Shown: positions 31,393-41,278 of the stretch, piece by piece
How positions within the stretch are numbered: position 1 is the first letter of the stretch
How the letters are laid out: each line of letters starts with the position of its first letter
Assembly (NCBI GenBank): GCA_963792365.1
Contig: CAWBVW010000004.1
Location: forward strand, 132,183-196,182
Reading direction: 5' to 3'
Origin: an uncultured bacterium
GTDB taxonomy: Bacteria; Actinomycetota; Acidimicrobiia; Spongiisociales; ZC4RG35
DNA length: 64,000 bases
Notes under the pieces: model-generated
Told to the model about the DNA's origin: nothing
Databases searched by the model: none
The model's input: only the letters and a program-made list of their open reading frames with translations
Position numbers and translations under genes: made by a program

Positions 31393-32523
31393 GTGAAGCG
31401 ACTGAGCCTGATGGCGCTCGTCACGGTGCTCGCACTGGTGCTCGCAGCCTGCGGTGGCGAGGACGAGGGCAGCGAATCGACGGGGCCAACCGAAACAACC
31501 GAGGCTTCGACCGAGACGACCGAAGCCATGACCGACACCACCCACGGTGCGACCGACACCACCGAAGCGATGGACGCCGGCGTGGGATCGGCGGACAACC
31601 CGATCCAGGTGCTCTTCGTTCCGTCGGTGTCCGCCGACGAGATCGTGGCCGGCGGAGACCTGCTCGCAGAGACCCTGTCCAACGCCACCGGCCTCACCTT
31701 CGAGGTCTCGGTCCCGTCGTCGTATGCGGCAACGGTCGAAGAGATGTGCGCCAACCCGAGCGGGGCGATCGGCTTCATCCCGGCCCAGGCGTACGTGCTC
31801 GCCAACGAGCTGTGCGGCGTCGACATCCAGCTGAAGGCCCAGCGGTTCGGCTACACCGAGTACTGGGCGCAATATCTCGTCAGCCGTGACTCCGACGTGG
31901 CGACCATCGAAGACCTGGCCGGGTTGTCGTGGGCGTACCCCGATCCCGGTTCGACTTCCGGCTTCCTGGTCCCCAGCGGTGAGCTCTCGAACCTCGGCAT
32001 CGAGGTCGGAGAAGAATTCGAAGCCGGCAGCCACGACGGAGCGGTTCGCGCCGTGTACAACGGCGAAGCGGACTTCGGAACCTCGTTCTATTCGCCGTAC
32101 ACCGACGTCGAAGGGAACTCCCAATGGGACGGGGAACCCGCCAATGCCGACATCCCCGCCGATGCGGTCGAGAGCTGCGCCATCAACGAGGACGGTGAGA
32201 TCCAGTGTGGTGACTTCGTCGTCCGCGACGCCCGGCGCAACCTCCGAGAGGAACTTCCCGACGTCGTCCAGAAGGTGAAGATCGTCACGGTCTCCGACCC
32301 GATTCCCAACGACGGTGTCGCCTTCGGGCCCGAGTTCCCCGAGAATCTCAAGACCCAGATCGTCGACGCGCTGGTGGCTTTCGCCACCGACGACCCCGAT
32401 GGTTTCGCCACGGCATTCGATGCGTACAGCTGGGACAACGTGGCGTCGACCACCGATGCCGACTTCGACTCGATTCGAGCCATCGTGCAGGCGCTCGGCA
32501 TCGAGCTCGGCGATCTCGGCTGA
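31393..32523 (+). CDS. phnD: Phosphate/phosphite/phosphonate ABC substrate-binding lipoprotein (PhnD family)
   Basis: Lipobox LAAC, FVPS, STSGFLVP, GSHD, DAR, IPNDG; RBS GGAGG. Confidence 0.85.
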   Translation: MKRLSLMALVTVLALVLAACGGEDEGSESTGPTETTEASTETTEAMTDTTHGATDTTEAMDAGVGSADNPIQVLFVPSVSADEIVAGGDLLAETLSNATGLTFEVSVPSSYAATVEEMCANPSGAIGFIPAQAYVLANELCGVDIQLKAQRFGYTEYWAQYLVSRDSDVATIEDLAGLSWAYPDPGSTSGFLVPSGELSNLGIEVGEEFEAGSHDGAVRAVYNGEADFGTSFYSPYTDVEGNSQWDGEPANADIPADAVESCAINEDGEIQCGDFVVRDARRNLREELPDVVQKVKIVTVSDPIPNDGVAFGPEFPENLKTQIVDALVAFATDDPDGFATAFDAYSWDNVASTTDADFDSIRAIVQALGIELGDLG

Positions 32524-32544
32524 CGCCGACACCGACCGATGAAC

Positions 32545-32577
32545 ACGGAGGGGTGGGGTCGAACCCCACCCCTCCGT
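32545..32577 (+). terminator. Strong intra-operon hairpin after the binding-protein gene (terminator or mRNA stabiliser)
   Basis: ACGGAGGGGTGGGGT-CGA-ACCCCACCCCTCCGT, a 15-bp perfect stem followed by TTCT. Confidence 0.7.
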
Positions 32578-32618
32578 TTCTATCGATACCACCGCCGAAG
32601 TAGGGTCACCACTGGCCG

Positions 32619-33368
32619 ATGCTCAAGGTCGAACACCTCACCAAGGTCTATGACAACGGGACCGTCGCCTTGCGTGACGTCAGCTTCGAAGTGCCCGATG
32701 GCCAGTTCCTGGCCGTGATCGGTCTTTCCGGATCCGGCAAGTCGACGCTGCTCCGCTGCATCAACCGTCTGATCGAGCCCACCGAAGGTCGGATCCTCTG
32801 GGACGGAGAGGACGTCACCAACGCCAGTCAAGAAGACCTTCGCCGTTTCCGCCGGCGGGTCGGCATGGTGTTCCAACACTTCAACCTGGTGCATCGATCA
32901 AAGGTGATCACGAACGTGCTCGCCGGCCGACTCGGATACACGAATCCCGCGCTCAGTCTCGTCAACCGATTCTCGGCCGCCGACGTCGCGAAAGCCCTGG
33001 CACAACTCGATCGAGTCGGACTTCGGGAAAAAGCCCGGTCCAGGGCCGATGAGCTGTCGGGGGGCCAGCAGCAGCGGGTCGGCATCGCCCGGGCGCTCAT
33101 GCAGGACCCTCAGATGATCCTGGCCGACGAGCCGGTGGCCAGCCTCGACCCGGTGCTGGCGCACTCCATCATGAGCTACCTCGAGCACATCAACGACGAT
33201 GGAGTCACCGTGATGTGCTCTCTGCACTTCCTGGACCTGGTCCACCGCTACTCGGACCGCGCAATCGCCCTCAACGACGGAATGCTCGTCTTCGACGGTC
33301 TCCCCTCCGAGATCGACGACGATCGCTTCAAGGCGATCTACGGCAAGGAGGCCGAGCGAGTTGGCTGA
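32619..33368 (+). CDS. phnC: Phosphonate-type ABC ATP-binding protein
   Basis: GLSGSGKSTLLRCIN, FQHFNLV, NVLAGRLG, LSGGQQQRV, LADEPVASLDP. Confidence 0.92.
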   Translation: MLKVEHLTKVYDNGTVALRDVSFEVPDGQFLAVIGLSGSGKSTLLRCINRLIEPTEGRILWDGEDVTNASQEDLRRFRRRVGMVFQHFNLVHRSKVITNVLAGRLGYTNPALSLVNRFSAADVAKALAQLDRVGLREKARSRADELSGGQQQRVGIARALMQDPQMILADEPVASLDPVLAHSIMSYLEHINDDGVTVMCSLHFLDLVHRYSDRAIALNDGMLVFDGLPSEIDDDRFKAIYGKEAERVG

Positions 33369-35628
33369 GGTGCGCGAATCCTCGACAGAGGGCGCCCGCC
33401 TGGGTGAAACGCCTCCCGACGCACCCAGACCTCCGCACAAGCGAAAGCCCCGCAGTTGGACTCTGATCCTCGGGATCGTGGCGGCCATCGTCATCTACGC
33501 ACTCGCCTTCGAGTTCACCCAGGTCCGCCTCGACACCATCACCTCCGAGACCCGCCAGCAGTCGCTCTCCAACATTCTCCGGGCCCTGGCGCACCCTGAG
33601 CTCGTCACCTACGACACCTCGGAGGAGATCGTTTCCACCGAGATCGCCATCCCGTGCGGCCCGGCGACGGAGACCAACGCAAGTCTCAGGATCACACCCG
33701 CCTGTGCGGCACCCGGCGACAACGTGACCGTGTCGGGCAGTGGCTTCGAGCCCCGCCAGAACGTGGCAGTGGTGTTCGTCCCGAACTCGGACTTCGACAT
33801 AACCCTGCGGCTTGGACAGAGAGAGGCCGACAACGACGGGAACTTCGAGATCGAAGTCACGCTTCCGGATCGTCCGTCCGAGGACCCCCAGCAGATGTGG
33901 GCCGTCACCCAAGAACGGATCGGCAGCTGGGGCAACCGCATCGAGGTGTACGAGGACACCAACGAGAACGGGGTGGAGGACAACCCGATCCTGGGCGAGG
34001 ACGGGACGAGACGTATCGAGCTCGTCGGGAACCCAGACATTCCCGCCGCCGCACTGGTGAGCCCGGCCAGCGAAGTAGTCCAGTTCGTCACAACCGGCGG
34101 GCCTTTCGAAGCGGTCCAGGGCATCGCCAACGGACAGACCGCGATCCCACTCGGGGAGGACGAGACGCCCGAAACCGACACTCGGATCACCGCCATCGGC
34201 GACGACGGAACGGCGACGATCGAGGGCCAACCCGGGTCCGACCTCAACGGGTGGCGTATCGCCTTCTACGACGGCGCCACCGGCGAAGCACCCCAACCCG
34301 TCTTCATCGCCGACAGCATCCAGCTGTCTCCGCGGGTCTCGGAAACCGCCAAGATCACGTTGGACAAGATCCTCGAGACCGTCTTCTTGGCGCTGATAGC
34401 CACCACCGCCGGTCTGTTCCTCGCCGTGCCGCTCAGCTTCGTAGCAGCACGCAACATCATGCGCGAGATCTCGGTGACTGTCACAAACCTGGGACTGGTG
34501 CTGCTCGCCGTTCCGTTGGGGGCCGCCGCCGGCATCGCCCTCTCCCGGCTCGTGGTGCGATTGGTGGAGCCGATCGGCGAGTCCGCGATCGCCGGCCTCG
34601 CCGGGTTGGTGGTCGCCGGCGCGGCCGCCTGGTTCCTAGTTCGGTCTGGAATCCAGGCAGAGGACACCGACGTTCCCACTCGGCTCGATCGGATCCGCCG
34701 CAACGGACTCGTGGTGCTCGGGGGCGTCACCGGGTTGGTCGCCTTGCTCCTGCTCTCGAGAGAGCTCCAATTGGCTGGCGGTGCCGTCGCTCCCCGTCTC
34801 GGGCCGTTCGACTTCATCGGTGGGTTCTTTGCGGATGTGGGCGAGATCCTGGAGGTTGCGCTCACCGTGATCGCCGCCATCGCCGTCGCCGGAGTGTTCG
34901 CCACCATCGCCTCACGAGCGGGATACGCCATCCGCAGCCGGACTGCAGCGCCACTCCTCCGGACGTTCAATCTGGTCGTCGGAGCGGCCGCCGGAGCCGT
35001 GTGGGCGGTCCTGAGCGCACAGGTCGTGGACTGGTTCTACCGCTTCGACGACCAGACCGTCACCTTCGTGATCCCTGCCATCGTGGGTGCCGTGCTCGGG
35101 CTGTTCGTCGCCTGGCGGGGGATGTCGAAGGGTGAAGTCGATGTGGGCCTGAGCATCTATTACGCGGCACGGACGCTCTTCAACGGACTCCGCTCCATCG
35201 AGCCGCTCGTGATGGCCATCGTGTTCGTGGTCTGGGTCGGCATCGGGCCCTTCGCCGGCTCGCTGGCACTCGCCCTCCACACCACCGCAGCACTGGCCAA
35301 GCTCTACTCCGAGCAGGTCGAGTCGATCTCAGCGGGGCCGATCGAAGCGGTACGGGCCACCGGTGCCAATCGTCTCCAGACCATCGTCTACGCCGTCGTT
35401 CCGCAAATCGTTCCGCCCTACATCTCGTTCACGATGTACCGGTGGGACATCAACGTGCGGATGTCTACGATCCTCGGCTTCGTGGGCGGTGGCGGCATCG
35501 GGTCCATCCTCCAACAGAACGTCAACCTCCTCAACTATCGGGCCGCTTCCGTCCAGATGCTGGCGATCGCAGTGGTGGTCGCCAGCATGGACTATGCCTC
35601 GTCCAGGCTGCGAGAACGCTACGTCTGA
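33361..35628 (+). CDS. phnE: PhnE-family permease with large insertions (755 aa)
   Basis: Core motifs ETVFLAL..PLSFVAARN, RSIEPL, KLYSEQVE, EAVRATGA, YRWDINVRMSTILGFVGGGGIG. Confidence 0.85.
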   Translation: MAEVRESSTEGARLGETPPDAPRPPHKRKPRSWTLILGIVAAIVIYALAFEFTQVRLDTITSETRQQSLSNILRALAHPELVTYDTSEEIVSTEIAIPCGPATETNASLRITPACAAPGDNVTVSGSGFEPRQNVAVVFVPNSDFDITLRLGQREADNDGNFEIEVTLPDRPSEDPQQMWAVTQERIGSWGNRIEVYEDTNENGVEDNPILGEDGTRRIELVGNPDIPAAALVSPASEVVQFVTTGGPFEAVQGIANGQTAIPLGEDETPETDTRITAIGDDGTATIEGQPGSDLNGWRIAFYDGATGEAPQPVFIADSIQLSPRVSETAKITLDKILETVFLALIATTAGLFLAVPLSFVAARNIMREISVTVTNLGLVLLAVPLGAAAGIALSRLVVRLVEPIGESAIAGLAGLVVAGAAAWFLVRSGIQAEDTDVPTRLDRIRRNGLVVLGGVTGLVALLLLSRELQLAGGAVAPRLGPFDFIGGFFADVGEILEVALTVIAAIAVAGVFATIASRAGYAIRSRTAAPLLRTFNLVVGAAAGAVWAVLSAQVVDWFYRFDDQTVTFVIPAIVGAVLGLFVAWRGMSKGEVDVGLSIYYAARTLFNGLRSIEPLVMAIVFVVWVGIGPFAGSLALALHTTAALAKLYSEQVESISAGPIEAVRATGANRLQTIVYAVVPQIVPPYISFTMYRWDINVRMSTILGFVGGGGIGSILQQNVNLLNYRAASVQMLAIAVVVASMDYASSRLRERYV

Positions 35629-35758
35629 ACCCTCCACCCCAGGCTGACAAGAGGATCGTGAGGATGACGACGGCTCGGTGCTTGGAGGTTGGACGCAATC
35701 GAAGCCATGACGGTTCCGGAATCCGACGTGAACGCCGTCACATCTACCATCGCGGTCC

Positions 35759-38110
35759 ATGAGCGAGCAACCCACCGCCGTCAGCGGTTCCATTCTGGGC
35801 GCATCCGTCAAACGTGTCGAGGACCCGCGATTCGTTCGCGGCGAGGGCCAGTACATGAACGACATCCATATCCAGGACGAGGTGTGGATGGTGCCGGTGC
35901 GGTCGCAGATGCCCCACGGGACGATCATCTCGCTCGACATCGAGGACGCCACAGCGATGCGCGGCGTCATCGGCGTGTACGGCCCGGCCGATCTGCCCGG
36001 AACGATGCCGGTGGACTTCGCCGGTCAAACCGACGACACCCTGGTCGATCTCGTGACCTCGGACCGGGTCCGGTTCGTGGGCGACATCGTGGCCGTGGTG
36101 GTCGCGGCCACCGAGCAGCAGGCCATCGACGCTGCCGAAGCGGTGTGGCTGGAGGTGGATCCCCTCCCGGTGGCGGTGACGCCCCACAGTGCGCTGGCCG
36201 AGAGCGCCCCCCTCCTCTTTCCGGATCACGGCAGCAACGTCGTAGCGGCGTTCGACCAGGAGGCACCCGGCGCGCTCACCGACGCCGACGTGATCGTCGA
36301 GCTCGAGATCGCCCATCAGCGGATCGCAGCCATCCCCCTCGAAACCAACAACGCCCTGGCGGTGCCCACGCCGGAAGGCGGCGTCGACATCCGGCTCGGA
36401 GCCCAACAGGTCCACGGCGCCCGAAACGTGATCAGCAGTGCGCTCGGCATAGATCGCTCTCTGATACGGGTCAGGGTGCCCGACATGGGCGGGGGCTTCG
36501 GAGCGAAGATCTACACGTATCGCGAACATGTGTTGTGCGCCCAATTGGCCATGAAGCTCCAACGACCGGTCCGTTGGGATGAGTCACGCACCGAGAACAT
36601 GCTGGCGATGAACCACGGGCGGGCCCAGCATCATCGCGTCGAGGTCGGGGCGCGACGCGACGGAAGGGTGGTCGGGATCCGCTATCACGTGATCCAGGAC
36701 TGTGGCGCCTACCCGGTCTTCGGCACGCAGATGCCCAACTTCACCCGACGAATGTCGTCGGGCCCCTATGACATTCCCGCGATCGAATACCACGGTCGCA
36801 GCGTCGTCACCAACACCACACCGGTGCATGCCTACCGCGGCGCTGGTCGCCCCGAGGCGACGATCTCTCTCGAACGGGCGATGGACGCGGTGGCGGCAGA
36901 GCTGGGCATGGATCCGGCCGAGGTACGGCGACGGAACTTCCGGGCGGCAGGGGCTTTCCCCTGGGTGACGGCGACCGGGGAACGGTACGACTCGGGCGAC
37001 TACCTCCAAGCACTCGATCTCGCCCTGGAGAAGGTCGACTACACGGCCGTGCGAAAGGAGCAGGCGGAGCGACGTGGTCGGGGCGATCGCATCCAACTCG
37101 GGATCGGCATCGGAAGTTATGTCGAGGTGACGGCTCCCGGCGGGCGAAAGGACTGGGGTGCCGTCGAGGTGCACCCCGACGGAACTGCGACGGTCTCGTC
37201 CGGCGCCCTCTCACATGGTCACGGTCATGAGACGACCTTCCCCCAGCTCGCCTCGAGAATCCTCGGGATCCCCCTCGAGGACATCAGGTACGTACAGGCC
37301 GACACGGACCTCGTGGTGCGTGGCGGAGGCACGATGGGATCCCGCTCACTCCAGATGGCCGGGTCCGCGGTTCACCGCTCGAGTGAGGGTGTGCTCGAGA
37401 AGGCACGGCACCTGGTCGCCCACCTGACCGAGGCCTCGATCGACGACGTGGTGCTGTTCGACGACGGACGAGTCGGCATCGCCGGGGTGCCGGACAGCGG
37501 CCGCACGTGGGGAGAGCTTGCCGAGCTGGCGTCCGACCCTACCAACCTGCCGCCTGACATGACGCCGGGGCTTCGGGTCGACGACACCTACGAGCAAGAG
37601 CATGCGAGCGTCCCGTTTGGGACTCACGTCTCTGTTGTGAAGGTCGACACCGAAACGGGCGACGTGAAGCTCATTCGACACGTGGCGGTCGACGACGCCG
37701 GAAACATCGTGAACCACGTGGTCCTAGACGGTCAGATCCACGGCGGTATCGCACAGGGCGTCGGTCAGGCTCTGTACGAGCAGTTCCGCTACGACGAGGA
37801 CGGGAATCCGCTGACCGGCAACCTGACCGGCTACCTCCTCCCGACGGCGGCGACGCTGCCGATGTTCGAGCTCCTGCACACGATCACTCCCTCGACCTCG
37901 AACCCGTTGGGCGTGAAGGGCGTGGGCGAAGCCGGAACCGTCGGATCGACACCTGCCGTATACGGTGCCGTGCTCGACTCCGTGGCACATCTCGGTGTTC
38001 GCCACATCGACATGCCGGTTACGCCGGACAAGCTCTGGGATGCCATGAGGCGGGCGGGCGGCATGGGGACGGGCACCCGCTCACAAGGACCTGTGGATGA
38101 CGCAAGCTGA
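35759..38110 (+). CDS. Xanthine dehydrogenase family molybdopterin-binding large subunit (form II CoxL-like)
   Basis: RVEDPRFVRGEG, GGGFGAK, AYRGAGR, GQIHGGIAQG, GVKGVGEAG. Confidence 0.92.
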   Translation: MSEQPTAVSGSILGASVKRVEDPRFVRGEGQYMNDIHIQDEVWMVPVRSQMPHGTIISLDIEDATAMRGVIGVYGPADLPGTMPVDFAGQTDDTLVDLVTSDRVRFVGDIVAVVVAATEQQAIDAAEAVWLEVDPLPVAVTPHSALAESAPLLFPDHGSNVVAAFDQEAPGALTDADVIVELEIAHQRIAAIPLETNNALAVPTPEGGVDIRLGAQQVHGARNVISSALGIDRSLIRVRVPDMGGGFGAKIYTYREHVLCAQLAMKLQRPVRWDESRTENMLAMNHGRAQHHRVEVGARRDGRVVGIRYHVIQDCGAYPVFGTQMPNFTRRMSSGPYDIPAIEYHGRSVVTNTTPVHAYRGAGRPEATISLERAMDAVAAELGMDPAEVRRRNFRAAGAFPWVTATGERYDSGDYLQALDLALEKVDYTAVRKEQAERRGRGDRIQLGIGIGSYVEVTAPGGRKDWGAVEVHPDGTATVSSGALSHGHGHETTFPQLASRILGIPLEDIRYVQADTDLVVRGGGTMGSRSLQMAGSAVHRSSEGVLEKARHLVAHLTEASIDDVVLFDDGRVGIAGVPDSGRTWGELAELASDPTNLPPDMTPGLRVDDTYEQEHASVPFGTHVSVVKVDTETGDVKLIRHVAVDDAGNIVNHVVLDGQIHGGIAQGVGQALYEQFRYDEDGNPLTGNLTGYLLPTAATLPMFELLHTITPSTSNPLGVKGVGEAGTVGSTPAVYGAVLDSVAHLGVRHIDMPVTPDKLWDAMRRAGGMGTGTRSQGPVDDAS

Positions 38111-39341
38111 CATCCCGCTCATCGCCCTGTTCTTCCTGGCTTTCGGGCTCTCGGTGTTCGTGGCGGCCGGAGAGACCGCCTTCCTGAGGATGCCCGCCGT
38201 TCGTGCCGAAGCGCTTGCCGCCGAGGGCAGCCGGAGCGCAGGCCGACTCGCGGCCCTCGCCGACCGACTGTCGGAGGTCTTGAACGCCATCCTCTTGGTG
38301 GCGCTGCTCAGCCAGATCTTTGCTGCCACCATCGCAGGCATCCTCGCCTCGCGATGGTTCCCGGGTGGTCTCGGCGTGACGGTCTCGTCGGTCGTGCTCA
38401 CGGTGGTCTTGTTCATCTACTCCGAGGCAATTCCCAAGACGTTTGCGGTCCGCCACGCCGATCGCGTCGCCCTTGCATTGGCGTTCCCGCTGTCGTGGTT
38501 GGAGGCCGTGGTCCGCCCTGTCGTCAAGGTGCTCGTGTGGGTCGCCGATCTGCAGATGCCGGGCAAGGGCGTCGTGACCTCACCCACGGTGACCGAAGAC
38601 GAACTGCGCATGCTCGCGGGCAGAGCGGCCCACGAAGGCGAGATCACATCCGAGGATCTTCGGCTCATCGAGCGGGCGTTTCGTGTCGGCGACCGCGAGG
38701 TGGACGACATCATGATTCCCCGCACCGAGATCGTGGCCGTGAACGAGACGACATCGGTCGACGAGGCATTGGGTCTCGCCCTCGAGTCAGGGCATCGGCG
38801 CCTACCCGTGTACAAAGGCAGCCTCGAGAACGTCGACGGAATGGTTCGGCTCCGTGACCTCGTGGGCGTTCCGGAGGAACGGCGCAAGGCCTTACCCGTA
38901 TCCCGCCTCGCCGAGGAGACGCTGGTCGTGCCGGAATCCAAACGGGTGCTCGACCTGCTGACCGAGATGCAGACGAGTGGGATACACATGGCCGTGGTGG
39001 TCGACGAGTACGGAGGGACCGCCGGTCTCGTCACGGTTGAAGACATCGCCGAGGAGCTCCTCGGTTCGATCACCGAACAGCCGAGCAGCGACGACGTGAT
39101 CGAGCTCTCACCAGGACGATGGTCCGTCGATGGCTCTCTGCCGGTGGAGGACGTCGAGGAGCTGTTGGGCGACGATGTCGAAGGAGCCGACTCGAACACC
39201 TTGGCGGGCGTGGTGCTCGCCCTTCTCGGCCGGCTCCCTCAGGTGGGAGACCGGGTCGAGTGGCACGATCACGTGTTCCGGGTGACCGCCGTCCGCGGAC
39301 GTCGAATCGCGCGCGTCGAGGTGATCCGCCACAAGAAATGA
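38097..39341 (+). CDS. Hemolysin/CNNM-family protein (DUF21-CBS-CorC)
   Basis: AAGETAF, SEAIPK, IMIPRTEI, GHRRLPVY, VVDEYGGTAGLVTVEDIAEE. Confidence 0.92.
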   Translation: MTQADIPLIALFFLAFGLSVFVAAGETAFLRMPAVRAEALAAEGSRSAGRLAALADRLSEVLNAILLVALLSQIFAATIAGILASRWFPGGLGVTVSSVVLTVVLFIYSEAIPKTFAVRHADRVALALAFPLSWLEAVVRPVVKVLVWVADLQMPGKGVVTSPTVTEDELRMLAGRAAHEGEITSEDLRLIERAFRVGDREVDDIMIPRTEIVAVNETTSVDEALGLALESGHRRLPVYKGSLENVDGMVRLRDLVGVPEERRKALPVSRLAEETLVVPESKRVLDLLTEMQTSGIHMAVVVDEYGGTAGLVTVEDIAEELLGSITEQPSSDDVIELSPGRWSVDGSLPVEDVEELLGDDVEGADSNTLAGVVLALLGRLPQVGDRVEWHDHVFRVTAVRGRRIARVEVIRHKK

Positions 39342-39357
39342 GCTTTCGGGCGCCGGC

Positions 39358-40035
39358 TCAGGGAAGGGTGAGCTGCTCGCCCCTGGCGTAGCTGACGGAT
39401 CGGCCGGAGCGCATGACGTGGGCCGAACCCGCCCCGTACACCGTCCACCGATCCGGACCGCCATGGATGGCCGTGTTCTCGTCGATTCCCACCAGGGTCA
39501 CGTCCCGGTCACGCATCCGGAGGACCGGCTGCATGAACCGGCCGAAGTGGTCATAGTGCGGAATCACCGAGATCTCCGGCAGCAAGCCCAGAGCCTCCGC
39601 CGCAGAGCGCCGAAAGGCAGGAATCACGGCTCCGATCGCCATCGCTCCGCCAGAACAGCCGACCAAGGCTGCGCCATCCAGCCATGCGGCCACGACCGCA
39701 GCCCAGACGGGCGTGTCCACCAGGGTCTCGACGACATGATGCGGGTCCCCCCCCGACAGGAAGATCATTCCTGCTGCGGAGATATCTTCTGCGAAGTCGG
39801 TCCTCTCCGCGCCGGACCGATCGACGACGTCGAGCGTTTCGACGTACACGTCGAGCCGGCCGTAGTGATCGCGAGCGAGATCCGCCCAATGGCCGATCCG
39901 GTCGGGTCCTTCGAGACCCGCAGCCGTAGGCAGGTGAACGACCCGGTGAGGTCGACCTTCGAGCAGCTCGAGATCGAGTTCCGCCATCACCGGAAGAAAC
40001 TCACCACTTCCGAGCAGAGCAAGCGGACCTGGCAT
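39358..40035 (-). CDS. Peptidase S51/cyanophycinase-like type 1 glutamine amidotransferase-fold protein
   Basis: LLGSGEF, LPTA, FLSGGD, GCSGGAM, IPHYD, GIDENTA. Confidence 0.85.
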   Translation of the reverse strand: MPGPLALLGSGEFLPVMAELDLELLEGRPHRVVHLPTAAGLEGPDRIGHWADLARDHYGRLDVYVETLDVVDRSGAERTDFAEDISAAGMIFLSGGDPHHVVETLVDTPVWAAVVAAWLDGAALVGCSGGAMAIGAVIPAFRRSAAEALGLLPEISVIPHYDHFGRFMQPVLRMRDRDVTLVGIDENTAIHGGPDRWTVYGAGSAHVMRSGRSVSYARGEQLTLP

Positions 40036-40060
40036 GAGAAGTGCAGCCTATCGTCGAGTC

Positions 40061-41191
40061 ATGGAACACTTCGATGTGTGCGTCATCGGCGGAGGGATCG
40101 CCGGCGTGGCGGTCGCCCATTTCCTCGCCCCCAGGCGCAAGATCGTGCTCGTCGAGGGGGAACCGACCCTCGCCTATCACACGACCGGTCGATCGGCTGC
40201 GCTCTACTTCGAGAACTACGGCCACCTGTCGATACGCGAGCTGTCGAAGGCGTCGCGCCGGTTTTTCGAGTCACCTCCCGAAGGCCTCGCCGACGGACCG
40301 CTGCTGTCGCCGCGAGGGGCACTGACGATCGCCCGGCCCGATCAGATGGAGCACCTGGCAGATGTCGCAGCTGAGGGTTTCGCATCCGGGACCGGCATCC
40401 AGGAGCTCTCCGGACACGAGGCGGCCGAGCGGGTCGATGTGCTTCGCCCGGAGCGTCTGGCAGGCGCCTTGTGGGAACCGGACGCAGCAGACATGGATGT
40501 CTCGTCGATCCATCAGGTGTTCGTCCGCGGAACCCGACGGGCCGGTGGTGAGATCCGGACCTCGGCTCCTGTCACCAAGCTCGTTCGGACCGGCGATGTC
40601 TGGACGGTGACTGCCGGAGGCGTTGAGCTGGTGGCCGACGTGATCGTGGATGCGGCTGGAGCCTGGGGGGACACGGTGGCCCAGCAAGCGGGGCTCGAGC
40701 CGGTAGGGCTCGTGCCGAAGCGCCGAACCGCCTTCATGGTCCCGGGACGGGAGGAGTGGAAGGGGTGGCCGCTGGTGGTCGACGTCGACCACGACTTCTA
40801 CTTCAAGCCAGACGGGACCCAGCTTCTGTGTTCGCCCGCCGACGAGACTCCCAGCGCACCGGTGGATGCCCGGCACGACGAACTCGACGTAGCAATGGCG
40901 ATCGAGCGGATCAACGAGGCCACCACTCTCGACATCCGCACCGTTCGCTCTGCCTGGGCAGGACTACGTTCCTTCGTGTCCGACGGTGGGATGGTCATCG
41001 GCTTCGATCCGGATACCGCCGGCTTCTTCTGGCTGGTGGGCCAAGGCGGCACAGGGATCCAGACCGCCCCGGCGGCAGGCATGCTGGCCACCGGGCTGAT
41101 CTGCGACGGCGCGGCCCCCGAGGATCTGGATGTCGACCCGAGTCAGTTCTCCGTCGAGCGCTTCCGGACCTCGAGCACACAACCGAGCTGA
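40061..41191 (+). CDS. FAD-dependent oxidoreductase (DAO family, D-arginine dehydrogenase-like)
   Basis: VIGGGIAG, HTTGRSAA, DAAGAW, WAGLRSF, GQGGTGIQTAP. Confidence 0.9.
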   Translation: MEHFDVCVIGGGIAGVAVAHFLAPRRKIVLVEGEPTLAYHTTGRSAALYFENYGHLSIRELSKASRRFFESPPEGLADGPLLSPRGALTIARPDQMEHLADVAAEGFASGTGIQELSGHEAAERVDVLRPERLAGALWEPDAADMDVSSIHQVFVRGTRRAGGEIRTSAPVTKLVRTGDVWTVTAGGVELVADVIVDAAGAWGDTVAQQAGLEPVGLVPKRRTAFMVPGREEWKGWPLVVDVDHDFYFKPDGTQLLCSPADETPSAPVDARHDELDVAMAIERINEATTLDIRTVRSAWAGLRSFVSDGGMVIGFDPDTAGFFWLVGQGGTGIQTAPAAGMLATGLICDGAAPEDLDVDPSQFSVERFRTSSTQPS

Positions 41192-41214
41192 AAGCGCCGC
41201 CGCACGGACCAGGA

Positions 41215-41269
41215 CGGGTTTTGGTGCACAAAAGGTGCGTTATCCACGCACTTTGTGCACCAAAACCCG
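41215..41269. repeat. REP-like palindrome, copy 2
   Basis: CGGGTTTTGGTGCACAAA-AG-GTGCGT-TATCC-ACGCAC-TTTGTGCACCAAAACCCG, between convergent genes. Confidence 0.85.
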
Positions 41270-41278
41270 ATCTTCCGG

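Noticed and set aside
35759-38110. Aerobic CO dehydrogenase (form I coxL)
   Set aside because: It lacks the AYxCSFR motif and the coxMS and accessory genes.
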